Below, in pieces: positions 1 through 8,704 of a stretch of DNA of 32,000 bases. Position 1 is the first letter of the stretch, and each line of letters starts with the position of its first letter. Location of the stretch: positions 5,760,001 to 5,792,000 of the forward strand of contig NZ_CP064923.1 in NCBI RefSeq assembly GCF_018336915.1. Reading direction: 5' to 3'. The notes below the pieces were generated by a model. That model had not been told where the DNA came from, did no database searches, and saw only the letters and a program-made list of their open reading frames with translations. The stretch is from Acaryochloris marina S15. Its GTDB lineage: Bacteria; Cyanobacteriota; Cyanobacteriia; Thermosynechococcales; Thermosynechococcaceae. The position numbers were made by a program, and so were the translations under genes.

Positions 1-497
1 GGTTGTAGAGCATGGGCATGCTCAAAGCAACTTAAAGCTTTCCTTTGGTATGGAGATTGAGGCTCATGCCGAGCAGGATGGTTGTAGTACAGTAGCCCTT
101 GTCTGAAGAAAATGTCTGCATCATCAGGGGCTATGACTGCTGCCCTGTTCAAAGCTTGTTCCGCATCAAGTGCAATCTGAAGCCGTGTTTGATGTTTGGG
201 AGTGTGCCATTCTTCAACCCAATCCGAGGCAGATATGGCTAAAGATATCAAGACCTCGATGTTGTTAGGATCTGCCTGTTCAGCAGCCGTATAAATTCGT
301 TTTAATCCGGACCAGCCATCTTCAAACCTCTTGTGTTCGAGAGAGATTGCTAGACGCCGGAGTAATTCTGACTGATCTGGATCAAAATCCTCAGCTGTGG
401 AAATAAATTGGGCAATTTTATCGTTTGTGACCCTAATAAGCGATGCGTTTTCCGTAAAGACTTCAACTAATTCGGAAGGAAGAGGCAACAGGTCCAT
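1..497 (-). CDS. Hypothetical protein, 5' part only (the ORF runs off the left edge of the window)
   Basis: I translated the minus strand by hand from the ATG at 497-495 (MDLLPLPSELVEVFTENASLIRVTNDKIAQFISTAEDFDPDQSELLRRLAISLEHKRFEDGWSGLKRIY...). I checked it codon by codon from 497 down to about 241 and found no stop. The remainder was only read through. No family recognised. It is absent from the ORF track, presumably because it is truncated by the window edge. Confidence 0.4.
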   Translation of the reverse strand, partial: MDLLPLPSELVEVFTENASLIRVTNDKIAQFISTAEDFDPDQSELLRRLAISLEHKRFEDGWSGLKRIYTAAEQADPNNIEVLISLAISASDWVEEWHTPKHQTRLQIALDAEQALNRAAVIAPDDADIFFRQGLLYYNHPARHEPQSPYQRKALSCFEHAHALQ

Positions 498-586
498 CGA
501 CAAGCAAGACTGTTATGGAGCTTAATGCTCTCAGTGTAGTCAACAAACCTGAACATTAGCTGGCAACTGACATAAAAGTTGGATCC

Positions 587-1183
587 TTAGGTATCAAGGC
601 GGATATCGTCCCATTCATCACGACTATGCAGCCACTCAAAAGCATAATGACGTTGGACTAGCACGTCATAAATTAAGTCATCCGGAACAGTATTGGTTTT
701 GAAAGCTTGCCGAGCATAGCAGTGCAGATTGTAGACCCGATCATCTTCGACCAGTAAAGCACCAGGTGATCGCAGCTTAGATGAAGCAATAAATGCAGCA
801 ATCGGATCACCCAGGGTGGGCATGATGTCATCTACTAGGGTTGCTGTATCACACGTTTGTGTGGGCAATCCCAGGGATTGGACTTTAGAGATAGCCCAAA
901 GCAAGGTCCATTCCGCCTCTACGCGCCAACATAAAGGACTGCGGTCCTCGTCTGTTATTTCCTTGGTGGCGAACCAAGTTTTTTCTAGGGGGGAGACACA
1001 CTCCCATATCTGCTGATCTTTAAGCCAGTCAACCAGGAGCTTTGAATCAACTTTGTATCCAACAGCAGCGACGGTATGCAAAATAATGGATCGAATGGCA
1101 ACTTCTTCGACTGAACGTGGGCATTGATTTCCTTCTTGATTCTTGAAGGGAACGGTTGCTTCGATGCATAGGTCGTGCCTCAA
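587..1183 (-). pseudogene. DUF4272-like protein gene, 3' portion. Its native 5' end was displaced by an IS insertion. The first 5 codons of the ORF-track ORF (MRHDL) are encoded by the IS terminal repeat.
   Basis: 198-aa ORF. The core motif W-R-V-E-A-E-W-T-L-L-W-A-I...LGLP resembles my recollection of DUF4272 (family call from memory, moderate). The ATG at 1183-1181 lies inside the IS left inverted repeat (1171-1193). Native sequence begins at 1170. Confidence 0.55.
1163..1170. repeat. Target-site duplication, left copy (GATGCATA)
   Basis: An identical 8-mer abuts both IS ends (1163-1170 and 2074-2081). 8-9 bp duplications are typical of IS1. Confidence 0.8.
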
Positions 1184-1234
1184 GTAATTGTGGGTTGAGT
1201 ATACTAGAGGCTCAGCTCAGCTTCTAACCTACCC

Positions 1235-1612
1235 ATGCAATGCCCACTATGCGGTCATTCCAAAGCACACAAGCATGGCAAGATGCCCAACATGCTTCAA
1301 CGATACCGTTGTCCTGAGTGCCAGCAGACCTTTACTGAACGCTTTGATACCCTTTACTATCGTCGTCAGGTGAGTCCAGAGCAGGTCCGACAAGTTCTCC
1401 AAGCCCATGCAGAAGGGAGTAGTCTTCGAGGTATCACTCGGACCAGTGGCCTGGCTTACAACACTGTAGTCTCTCTAGTAAGAGCTGCTAGCCAACGATC
1501 TCAGCAACTCCATAATGGCCAAGTGCAAGCCGTTGAAACGGAGGATGTCAGTGCAGATGAAATGTGGTCCTTTGTGAAAAAAAGCAAAAACACTGTCTTC
1601 CCCATGAGCTAG
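1235..1612 (+). CDS. insA: IS1-family transposase ORF A (InsA-like: CxxC...CxxC zinc finger plus HTH)
   Basis: 125 aa. MQCPLCGHSKAHKHGKMPNMLQRYRCPECQQTF is an InsA-type zinc finger. The ORF ends shortly after an A7 run. Confidence 0.8.
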   Translation: MQCPLCGHSKAHKHGKMPNMLQRYRCPECQQTFTERFDTLYYRRQVSPEQVRQVLQAHAEGSSLRGITRTSGLAYNTVVSLVRAASQRSQQLHNGQVQAVETEDVSADEMWSFVKKSKNTVFPMS

Positions 1613-2064
1613 AGATGGGTGATTGTTGGATGGCGATTACCTTGGCAAACACAAGCGGCGTGATCCTCTCGTGTCGTGTGGGCAAGCACACCGATTCATT
1701 ATTGAATGAACTGGTGACTAGCACTGAAGGTAAGACCGATTGCAAGGACTGGAATAGCGACGATTGGGGGGGGTACGAAAGAGTGTTGCCTTGGGAGATT
1801 GACCATTACATTGGCAAGGACAGAACTCAACGACTCGAACGCACCAATGGCATTATTCGACAGCACAGTGGTCGATGGCATCGACGCCAGAACAAATTTG
1901 GCAAAGTGTGGGCGCAAACCAAAGTCACTGCTCGATTAGTGGTCAGCTATTTCAATTGGATTTGGACACACAGTCGGCTTAAAACAACGGCGGCACAACG
2001 TGCTGATCTAGCCTCGCGAGCTTGGCATTGGGATGACATACTCACCTACCCCACAATTGTTTGA
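1564..2064 (+). CDS. insB: IS1-family transposase ORF B (InsB-like DDE catalytic part), probably expressed as an InsAB fusion by a -1 frameshift
   Basis: The ORF is in the -1 frame relative to ORF A (ORF A codons start at positions = 2 mod 3, ORF B at 1 mod 3). It overlaps ORF A by 49 nt. IS1-type residues such as ...RLERTNGIIRQ... are present. The predicted fusion junction reads DEMWSFVKK/KQKHCLPHE. Confidence 0.75.
   Translation: MVLCEKKQKHCLPHELEMGDCWMAITLANTSGVILSCRVGKHTDSLLNELVTSTEGKTDCKDWNSDDWGGYERVLPWEIDHYIGKDRTQRLERTNGIIRQHSGRWHRRQNKFGKVWAQTKVTARLVVSYFNWIWTHSRLKTTAAQRADLASRAWHWDDILTYPTIV
1577..1583 (+). promoter_or_regulatory. A7 slippery run, putative programmed -1 frameshift (or transcriptional slippage) site joining ORF A and ORF B
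   Basis: GTG AAA AAA AGC lies in the ORF A frame within the ORF A/ORF B overlap. It is analogous to the A6C site of IS1. Confidence 0.6.
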
Positions 2065-2073
2065 TGCACGACC

Positions 2074-2081
2074 GATGCATA
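2074..2081. repeat. Target-site duplication, right copy (GATGCATA)
   Basis: See the left copy. It follows the right IR directly. Confidence 0.8.
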
Positions 2082-2118
2082 CGCCATGAGCTTGAGCCCA
2101 TTCTATTGTGGTGGTCAT
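2082..2118 (-). pseudogene. Displaced 5' fragment of the DUF4272-like gene (original ATG plus 12 codons and 1 nt: MTTTIEWAQAHG-)
   Basis: ATG at 2118-2116. After deleting the IS plus one target-duplication copy (1171-2081), this fragment joins in frame to 1170 and reads ...AQAHGVCIEATVPFK, giving a 206-codon ORF. Confidence 0.6.
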
Positions 2119-2157
2119 GATGTAGATTAAGGCGGTAGTTTACCGTTTGGCTAGACT

Positions 2158-2628
2158 TCAACTGTCTTTGTCTGTGTAAGGTCTGCCGTCTTTATGGGTG
2201 AATTGCCAACCCTCCTCAACCCAATGAGCCACTAAGTCATCATCGGGATACTCAACCCGATCATCAGGCGTGCGATCGCCAATTTCTAGATAGACTGCAT
2301 CGGCGTTAGACTCATTGCATAAATGGTGACTATCCGCTTTCCCGGCAGGAAAACCAGCCGCCATCCCTACCGTAAGAGAGTCCTTGCCAGCATTGGTTTC
2401 CAGAACGAGTTCACCTTCGACTACATAGATCAATTCATCTTGGCGGCTATGCCAATGGCGGAGTGCAGAACGACTGCCGGGTGCTAACCGGACTAAGTTG
2501 ACGCCAAAGTTCTTGAGATTTGCTGCATCGCCCAGCCGCTGTTTACTGCGACCCGCCACTTGAGCCTTAAAAATTGAAGGGTAGTTAGAGCCAGTGCGGA
2601 TGGGAATTTGAGAGAGATTGAGTCGCAT
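2158..2628 (-). CDS. Cupin-domain protein
   Basis: 156 aa. RHWHSRQDELIYVVEGELVL...GFPAG...HHL fits the two conserved cupin motifs (G-x5-H-x-H...E and G-x5-P-x-G...H). Confidence 0.7.
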   Translation of the reverse strand: MRLNLSQIPIRTGSNYPSIFKAQVAGRSKQRLGDAANLKNFGVNLVRLAPGSRSALRHWHSRQDELIYVVEGELVLETNAGKDSLTVGMAAGFPAGKADSHHLCNESNADAVYLEIGDRTPDDRVEYPDDDLVAHWVEEGWQFTHKDGRPYTDKDS

Positions 2629-2710
2629 GGGGGATCCTGATGAAGAAGGCTATGATTATTGTGGTGGGTTTCCTCGCTATGTAGAGATTTTGTGGTGAGG
2701 ATTTTAAGGT

Positions 2711-3001
2711 ATGAAGTGGGTTAGAGCCATTGGCGGTATTGCCGTAGCCGTGGGGCTGGTTGTGGGTTGGAAGTTCCATAACAAGTTCAGTACGGCAGCA
2801 AATGTCAGAGCAATCTTTCTATCAGCCTGTGCCGAAGAGAGTCAATGTATAGGCGCGGTTGAACAGCATTTTCAGTCTTGTTTTGATGCTAACTATCATT
2901 GGGGGGGGCGTCGCAAAGCCGGTCATTTAAATGGGAATACATTTGCAGATTGTCTAAGGGAGAAGGCTGGTGCGCCTGTGCTCCCAGATCCATCAAAATA
3001 A
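2711..3001 (+). CDS. Small hypothetical protein with an N-terminal TM/signal anchor and 4 Cys
   Basis: 96-aa ORF. It has the hydrophobic segment AIGGIAVAVGLVVGW. No family recognised. It contains a G8 run (2901-2908). Confidence 0.4.
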   Translation: MKWVRAIGGIAVAVGLVVGWKFHNKFSTAANVRAIFLSACAEESQCIGAVEQHFQSCFDANYHWGGRRKAGHLNGNTFADCLREKAGAPVLPDPSK

Positions 3002-3113
3002 ACGGATCCTGTCCTACCCTGTTTTCTTGTGGCTGTCTACAATGCTTATGGGTGGTCTTCCTTAAAGGACGGGCTCACCCCCTTTTCAAGTTTTGAGGAA
3101 CTTCCTAAAAAAT

Positions 3114-3626
3114 ATGCTGCATCGATTGACTGCCTTAGCTTGGGCAAGCTTGGTTTCTATTGCCCTTCTCATTGGTCCTTCGGCTTCTGCTCATGCTACG
3201 ACCTTAGGGGCTTTGCCTGGGGCTTCGAGCTTGTTTGCAGGCAACGCTCCTGAGCTGGGAGTGCGTGAGGGGCAACTTTCGCCCTGTCCTGATTCACCCA
3301 ATTGCGTGGTCAGTCAAAACGCAGATGCGGATCATGAAATTCCACCCCTGTCTTACACCAGCGATCGCGACACTGCCCGCGAAACCCTGTTGAAAGTGTT
3401 GACGGTTGTGCCTCGCACCCGAGTGGTGGAGCAGACCAACGAGTACATTCGGTTTGAATCCAGCAGTCGGTTGTTGGGATTTGTCGATGATGGTGAATTT
3501 TATTTTCCTGCCGATGACAATATTATTCAGATGCGTTCCGCCTCCCGGGTTGGCGAGTCGGATCTCAGCGTTAACCGCCGACGGATGGAGCAAATTCGCC
3601 TCGCTCTCCAGGACTTAGGTGTGTAG
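3114..3626 (+). CDS. DUF1499-family protein with a signal peptide
   Basis: The ORF-track ORF starts at a TTG at 3093. I prefer the ATG at 3114 (MLHRLTALAWASLVSIALLIGPSASAHA). The SPCPDSPNCVVSQ motif is characteristic of DUF1499. Confidence 0.65.
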   Translation: MLHRLTALAWASLVSIALLIGPSASAHATTLGALPGASSLFAGNAPELGVREGQLSPCPDSPNCVVSQNADADHEIPPLSYTSDRDTARETLLKVLTVVPRTRVVEQTNEYIRFESSSRLLGFVDDGEFYFPADDNIIQMRSASRVGESDLSVNRRRMEQIRLALQDLGV

Positions 3627-3628
3627 AC

Positions 3629-4786
3629 GTGACCAAATTCCTGCGGTATTGCTTGCCGCTGTTGTGCTGTGTGTTGCTGCTGACGGGCTGTGATCTGCCC
3701 CAGGTGACTGCAGAGGCCCGCATCTTTTTAAATCTATCTGTGGATTATTTGGATGGGTATCAGCTCGCTGAAACAGAGTTTGACGGGACTCGTGTGGGTG
3801 GAATTTCTGCGATTACCTATGATCGAAATCGCGATCGCTTCTATGCTTTGTCCGATGATCGAGCTCAACCTCGTTTCTACACCCTGAACTTGCAATTAGA
3901 TCAAGAGAAACCCAATCGCCCCCAGATTAAAACTTTGGAAATAGAAGATGTCACCTTCTTCCAAAACGAAGAAGCACAACCCTATAAGATCGATCGAATT
4001 GATCCAGAAGGAATAGCCCTGACCCCTCAAGATACTTTGTGGGTGAGTAGTGAAGGCGTATCCCGTTTGCAGAGTCCCCCTGCCCTGATCGAATTTGATC
4101 TGCAAGGTCAGTGGCAACAACAGCTAACCTTGCCTCAACAGTTTTTTCCTATCCCCGCTACTGACGAGAATCCTGACCCACCGCCCCACGGTATTGACGA
4201 TAATCGTGGATTTGAAGCGTTGACTCTGAATCCAGAAGGCGATCGCATCTTCGTAGCCATTGAAGCCCCCTTACAGCAAGATTATCCAGACGCCGATGCT
4301 GAAGGAGAAACCCAGCATTACAATCGCCTCCTCCACTACTGGATTGGCGAACCTCAGCCCCAATTCTTAGCTAATTATCTCTACCCCCTGAAGTCAGCTG
4401 ATCTACTCAAAGGGCTAAACGGTCTTACAGAACTCTTGACCGTGGACAGCGCCGGACATTTTCTCAGCCTTGAGCGATCCTACAGTCCATTTACAGGGTT
4501 CAGTGCCGAAATCTTTCAAATCACGACTGCCGTCGCTCGGGATACCTCCAAAATCGATTCTTTACCGAGCGACTTCACAGGAATTACACCGATTCAAAAA
4601 CAGCCCCTGCTGGATTTGAAACAGCTCAAAATTCCCGGCAGAAATTTAGAAGGCATGATGTGGGGACCTCCGTTGGCCGATGGAAGCCAATCCCTCATCG
4701 TTGTTAGCGACAACAATTTTGAGCCGGATGAACCGACTCAATTTTTACTGTTTCGCCTACGCCAAGACAGTCAGCTCGTGTCCTAA
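3629..4786 (+). CDS. Phytase-like (esterase-like activity of phytase family) lipoprotein
   Basis: 385 aa with a GTG start 2 nt after the DUF1499 stop. It has a lipobox LLTGC. The motifs GGISAITYD...FYALSDDR, DPEGIAL, GFEALTL and LEGM are typical of PF13449-type beta-propeller proteins (assigned from memory). Confidence 0.65.
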   Translation: MTKFLRYCLPLLCCVLLLTGCDLPQVTAEARIFLNLSVDYLDGYQLAETEFDGTRVGGISAITYDRNRDRFYALSDDRAQPRFYTLNLQLDQEKPNRPQIKTLEIEDVTFFQNEEAQPYKIDRIDPEGIALTPQDTLWVSSEGVSRLQSPPALIEFDLQGQWQQQLTLPQQFFPIPATDENPDPPPHGIDDNRGFEALTLNPEGDRIFVAIEAPLQQDYPDADAEGETQHYNRLLHYWIGEPQPQFLANYLYPLKSADLLKGLNGLTELLTVDSAGHFLSLERSYSPFTGFSAEIFQITTAVARDTSKIDSLPSDFTGITPIQKQPLLDLKQLKIPGRNLEGMMWGPPLADGSQSLIVVSDNNFEPDEPTQFLLFRLRQDSQLVS

Positions 4787-4789
4787 CTC

Positions 4790-5464
4790 TTATTCGGCAG
4801 AAGTCACTTCTGCCGGAGGTAAAGTGCCAATGCGATCAAAGGGGAGAAAACGGAAAACCGCTCTTCCCACTAGATCGGCGTGGGCAACTAATCCCCAACA
4901 GCGGCCATCGTAGCTATTGCCTCGGTTATCGCCCAAAACGAGATAGTGTTTTTCGGGAATAGTTTGAGGCTTTTCTAAAAAGATGGGAACGGGCGGTTCG
5001 ATGGGCTGGCTATCTATATCTGAAGTGACATAATTATTGCGACAATGGTCCGCACTCGGTCCGGTGGTGACGCCTTCTGCAGTGTAATTTTCTTTAATCG
5101 GCTGATTGTTGACCCAAACAACCCCATTTTTGATCTCAATGCGGTCACCCGGCACCCCAACCACCCGTTTAATAAATGCTTCTTTGAAATTGGCGCGCTT
5201 TAAAGATTCGGTAGGATTAAACACCACCACATCGCCCTGCTCGGGATCGCGAAAGCGGAACGTGACTTTATCAATAATCAAACGATCGTGAATTTGCAAC
5301 GTTGGCTCCATCGACCCGGATGGAATAAAGCGAGCTTCCGCCACAAAGGTGCGAATTCCAAAGGCCAAGAGTAAACTTAACCCGACCGTCTTGGCTGCTT
5401 CCACCCACCAAGATTCTTCTGGTTGTTCCGTTGGTTTCAGATCAGGGGGTTGGGGTTGCGTCAT
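4790..5464 (-). CDS. lepB: Signal peptidase I (paralog 1)
   Basis: 224 aa. It has the catalytic Ser box SGSMEPTL, the Lys box region and the GDNRGNSYDGRCWG box. Confidence 0.9.
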   Translation of the reverse strand: MTQPQPPDLKPTEQPEESWWVEAAKTVGLSLLLAFGIRTFVAEARFIPSGSMEPTLQIHDRLIIDKVTFRFRDPEQGDVVVFNPTESLKRANFKEAFIKRVVGVPGDRIEIKNGVVWVNNQPIKENYTAEGVTTGPSADHCRNNYVTSDIDSQPIEPPVPIFLEKPQTIPEKHYLVLGDNRGNSYDGRCWGLVAHADLVGRAVFRFLPFDRIGTLPPAEVTSAE

Positions 5465-5590
5465 ATATAAATTGAACGGTACAGGCTGTGAACGATAGGG
5501 ATGGGTTACACCTTACAAATCAGTTTTCCCAGTAAGTTGATTTATAACACAATCCTGTCTGGTCAGCGTTTGTGCCTGATCACAGCCGTC

Positions 5591-6223
5591 CTACTCTAAA
5601 TTTCCGATTCGGTGAACCGGCCAATAGCGAAACACCGCTCGCCCCAACAAATCTGATCGAGACACCAATCCCCAACAGCGGCCATCGTAGCTGTTGAGAC
5701 GATTATCACCTAAGACAAGATAGTGATCTGCAGGCACCACTTGGGGTAAGGCGAGGAAGGATTGAGATAGGGAAGGTGGACAGACGTGAACAGATGTTTT
5801 GGCCTTGTGAGCAACATATTGCTCCTGAATTTTGACCTGATTGCGATAGACAGCCCCATCTTTAAGCTCTAACTGATCTCCCGGTATACCAATCACTCGT
5901 TTAATGATCGTGTCCATCTGGAGTACATCACCCTGCTGATCGGCTTGCTGTCGCAAGGCCTGGGGCAGATGGAAGACAATAATATCTCCCCGTTGAGGGG
6001 GATTAAATTGGTAAGTGACCTTATCGATAATTAAGCGATCGTGAATCTGCAACGTGGGCTCCATCGACCCTGAAGGGATGAAGCGGGCTTCTGCAACAAA
6101 GGACCGAATGCCGAATGCTAACAATAAGCTGAGTCCCACCGTTTTGGCCGCTTCTCGCCATCCCACTTGTGTAGAGAAAAAAAATGACTTTTTCGGCATA
6201 GCTGAAGGCGTGGGCATTGGCAT
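5591..6223 (-). CDS. lepB: Signal peptidase I (paralog 2)
   Basis: 210 aa. It has SGSMEPTL and GDNRLNSYDGRCWG. An alternative start is the ATG at 6199 (MPKKSFFF). Confidence 0.9.
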   Translation of the reverse strand: MPMPTPSAMPKKSFFFSTQVGWREAAKTVGLSLLLAFGIRSFVAEARFIPSGSMEPTLQIHDRLIIDKVTYQFNPPQRGDIIVFHLPQALRQQADQQGDVLQMDTIIKRVIGIPGDQLELKDGAVYRNQVKIQEQYVAHKAKTSVHVCPPSLSQSFLALPQVVPADHYLVLGDNRLNSYDGRCWGLVSRSDLLGRAVFRYWPVHRIGNLE

Positions 6224-6454
6224 TACTCAGGCTTAGCACTTACCCTATCGTTCCCAAAGTAGGAATGAGAATGGATAGGTTAGCACCCGTTTAGAAAAGC
6301 ACCAATTGAGTTGCCCTTCGGCTTCCCACTCGGTCATTGATTCTGGGACAATAGACAGTTGAGTAAGGTCATTGGTTCCAAATTGAGTTCTGCCACTCAT
6401 GGGTCGTAACCCTATCCTGCTCTTACCTTTGCGTCGTGAACTGAAAAAAGTCGT

Positions 6455-8134
6455 ATGTCTGACAATCGAAATAGCCAAGTCGTCACTCAAGGTGTTCAAC
6501 GAGCTCCCAACCGGGCCATGTTAAGGGCTGTGGGCTTTGGAGATGACGATTTTAAGAAGCCGATTGTCGGGTTAGCGAATGGCTTCAGCACGATTACCCC
6601 CTGCAATATGGGCATAGACTCCCTCGCCACACGGGCAGAGGTCAGCCTGAAAACTGCAGGTGCCATGCCCCAAAAGTTTGGCACCATCACCATCAGTGAC
6701 GGCATTTCCATGGGCACCGAAGGGATGAAGTATTCCTTGGTCTCCCGCGAAGTGATTGCCGACTCCATCGAAACGGCTTGCATGGGCCAAAGCATGGATG
6801 GGGTATTGGCCATTGGCGGCTGTGATAAAAATATGCCAGGTGCCATGCTAGCCATGGCCCGGATGAATATTCCTGCCATCTTTGTATACGGCGGCACGAT
6901 TAAACCCGGTCATCTAAATGGTGAAGACTTAACCGTTGTCAGTGCTTTTGAAGCGGTGGGCCAACACAGTGCTGGACGGATTAGTGAAGCTGAGTTAACG
7001 GCAGTTGAGAAAAATGCTTGTCCGGGTGCTGGATCCTGTGGAGGTATGTTTACAGCTAACACTATGTCCTCTGCCTTTGAAGCTATGGGTATGAGCCTGA
7101 TGTATTCCTCCACAATGGCGGCGGAAGATGAAGAAAAAGCCGTCAGTGCGGAAGAGTCTGCTGCTGTTTTAGTGGAAGCGATCCGCAAGCAAATTCTGCC
7201 TCGCGATATTTTGACTCGCAAAGCCTTTGAAAATGCCATTTCTGTGATTATGGCTGTCGGCGGATCTACCAATGCCGTTCTCCACCTGTTGGCTATTTCC
7301 CGCGCAGCTGGAGACCCCCTTACCCTAGATGACTTTGAAGCCATCCGGGCTAAAGTCCCCGTGATCTGCGATCTCAAACCGTCAGGTCGCTACGTCGCCA
7401 CAGATCTCCATAAAGCTGGTGGAATCCCATTGGTGATGAAAATGCTATTGGAACATGGTCTTCTCCATGGTGATGCTCTGACCATTACGGGTAAAACCAT
7501 CGCTGAACAGCTGGCCGATGTGCCATCAGAGCCTTCCCCCGATCAGGATGTGATTCGGCCTTGGGACAATCCCATGTATAAACAAGGCCACCTGGCGATT
7601 CTCCGGGGCAACCTGGCTACGGAAGGAGCGGTTGCTAAAATCACGGGCATTAAAAATCCCCAAATTACGGGTCCAGCTCGCGTATTTGAATCAGAAGAGG
7701 CTTGCTTGGAAGCGATTTTGGCGGGCAAGATTCAGTCGAATGATGTGATTGTGGTGCGCTATGAAGGCCCGAAGGGTGGCCCTGGGATGCGAGAGATGTT
7801 AGCGCCTACGTCTGCAATTATTGGAGCGGGTTTAGGTGACTCTGTGGGATTGATTACAGATGGCCGGTTCTCGGGGGGAACCTACGGCATGGTGGTCGGG
7901 CATGTGGCCCCAGAAGCTGCGGTAGGGGGTACGATTGCTCTAGTGCAAGAAGGGGACATTATCACCATTGATGCCCACGCACGAAAGTTAGAGGTGCATG
8001 TGTCAGATCAGGAGTTAGAAGAGCGGAAGGTAAAGTGGGAGAAACCTCAGCCCCAATATACAAAAGGGGTGTTAGCTAAGTACGCCAGATTAGTTTCTTC
8101 TAGTAGTATTGGTGCAGTGACTGATCTAAATTAA
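6455..8134 (+). CDS. ilvD: Dihydroxy-acid dehydratase
   Basis: 559 aa. The IlvD/Edd signatures CDKNMPG and [11 protein letters not shown]-like ([14 protein letters not shown]) are present, and length and N-terminus are typical. Confidence 0.95.
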   Translation: MSDNRNSQVVTQGVQRAPNRAMLRAVGFGDDDFKKPIVGLANGFSTITPCNMGIDSLATRAEVSLKTAGAMPQKFGTITISDGISMGTEGMKYSLVSREVIADSIETACMGQSMDGVLAIGGCDKNMPGAMLAMARMNIPAIFVYGGTIKPGHLNGEDLTVVSAFEAVGQHSAGRISEAELTAVEKNACPGAGSCGGMFTANTMSSAFEAMGMSLMYSSTMAAEDEEKAVSAEESAAVLVEAIRKQILPRDILTRKAFENAISVIMAVGGSTNAVLHLLAISRAAGDPLTLDDFEAIRAKVPVICDLKPSGRYVATDLHKAGGIPLVMKMLLEHGLLHGDALTITGKTIAEQLADVPSEPSPDQDVIRPWDNPMYKQGHLAILRGNLATEGAVAKITGIKNPQITGPARVFESEEACLEAILAGKIQSNDVIVVRYEGPKGGPGMREMLAPTSAIIGAGLGDSVGLITDGRFSGGTYGMVVGHVAPEAAVGGTIALVQEGDIITIDAHARKLEVHVSDQELEERKVKWEKPQPQYTKGVLAKYARLVSSSSIGAVTDLN

Positions 8135-8308
8135 GCATGCCCCTACATATATTATCGATTCTGAAACGTATAATCAATCTGTGAATCAGAACGTAACAAT
8201 AGTCAGCACTTAATATCTTGCCAATCACGAAAATAGACGATTTGCAATAATCTATTTGGTCTCCTCAACAATTCTGAATTTTTTAGCTATCCTTACGAAT
8301 CAAGAGGA

Positions 8309-8704
8309 TCAGTGATTAGGTTGCAAAGCACTTCCTGGCAAAGGATTAGGTGACAGAGAATGTGGTACTTCTGATTCAGCCTTTTTGAGATTTTTCACTT
8401 CTAAAACATATGTTAGAATCGCATTCCAAAATCCAGAACCCCCACTAGCTAATAGTCCAAGAACTACAAAAGACAAATTACTCACCTCTATAGGAATTGA
8501 TTCTTTTGCAAGAAATGCAGTAAAAACGCCTGAGAAAACAGCCAGGATATGAAGTAATGATCGCCGTATACCTTCCTCCGTACTCCCTTTCATTTTTGTC
8601 TTATCGAGCCACGGCCAAAACCCTTTGATAATTTCAACTAGGCGTTCTGAAGCAATACTCAGTGCCAAGACAAAACCAACAACTTCAGCAATCTTATCAA
8701 TCAT
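8309..8704 (-). CDS. Hypothetical small membrane protein (about 3 TM segments) with a Pro/Ser-rich C-terminal tail
   Basis: 131-aa ORF in the AT-rich islet. Hydrophobic segments are VVGFVLALSIA, LLHILAVFSGVFTAFLA and LSFVVLGLLASGGSGFWNAILTYVL. No family recognised. Confidence 0.5.
   Translation of the reverse strand: MIDKIAEVVGFVLALSIASERLVEIIKGFWPWLDKTKMKGSTEEGIRRSLLHILAVFSGVFTAFLAKESIPIEVSNLSFVVLGLLASGGSGFWNAILTYVLEVKNLKKAESEVPHSLSPNPLPGSALQPNH

Larger units (their letters stand above)
1171..2073 (+). mobile_element. IS1-family insertion sequence (903 bp), apparently intact
   Basis: The terminal inverted repeats are GGTCGTGCCTCAAGTAATTGTGG (1171-1193) and the reverse complement of 2051-2073 (GGTCGTGCATCAAACAATTGTGG), 20/23 identical. 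The GGT..TGC start is as in IS1. They are flanked by the 8-bp direct repeat GATGCATA. Internally there is an InsA-like Zn-finger/HTH ORF and an InsB-like DDE ORF in the -1 frame. Confidence 0.85.

Noticed and set aside
816-1373. ORF-track ORFs 816-1016 (+) and 1188-1373 (+).
   Set aside because: The first is antisense within the DUF4272-like gene. The second is an out-of-frame overlap of the InsA-like ORF that starts in the IS end. Neither has supporting features.
1766-1773. G8 homopolymer runs at 1766-1773 in the transposase, 2901-2908 in the 96-aa ORF and 21036-21043 in the secreted ORFan, considered as possible phase-variation tracts.
   Set aside because: About one such G/C run is expected by chance in 32 kb. 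All three are in frame as Gly-Gly or Pro-Pro codons. Nothing in the context suggests on/off switching. Population sequencing would be needed to support that idea.
6304-6389. Three TTGAGT-containing repeats (AATTGAGTT at 6304 and 6381, AGTTGAGTA at 6357) and a GGTCATTG(A/G)TTC pair in the lepB/ilvD divergent spacer.
   Set aside because: These are short, loosely spaced repeats without dyad symmetry or a recognisable regulator consensus. They are plausibly chance or promoter-context sequence, so I did not make them a finding.
6496-7728. Long antisense ORFs inside ilvD (133, 72, 155 and 61 aa on the minus strand).
   Set aside because: They lie entirely opposite a strongly recognisable ilvD reading frame. 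Their sequences are Ala/Pro/Ser/Arg-rich and typical of shadow ORFs, and they have no motifs. The same reasoning applies to the shadow ORFs within the AI-2E, aroE, prohibitin, NOX5 and NYN genes.
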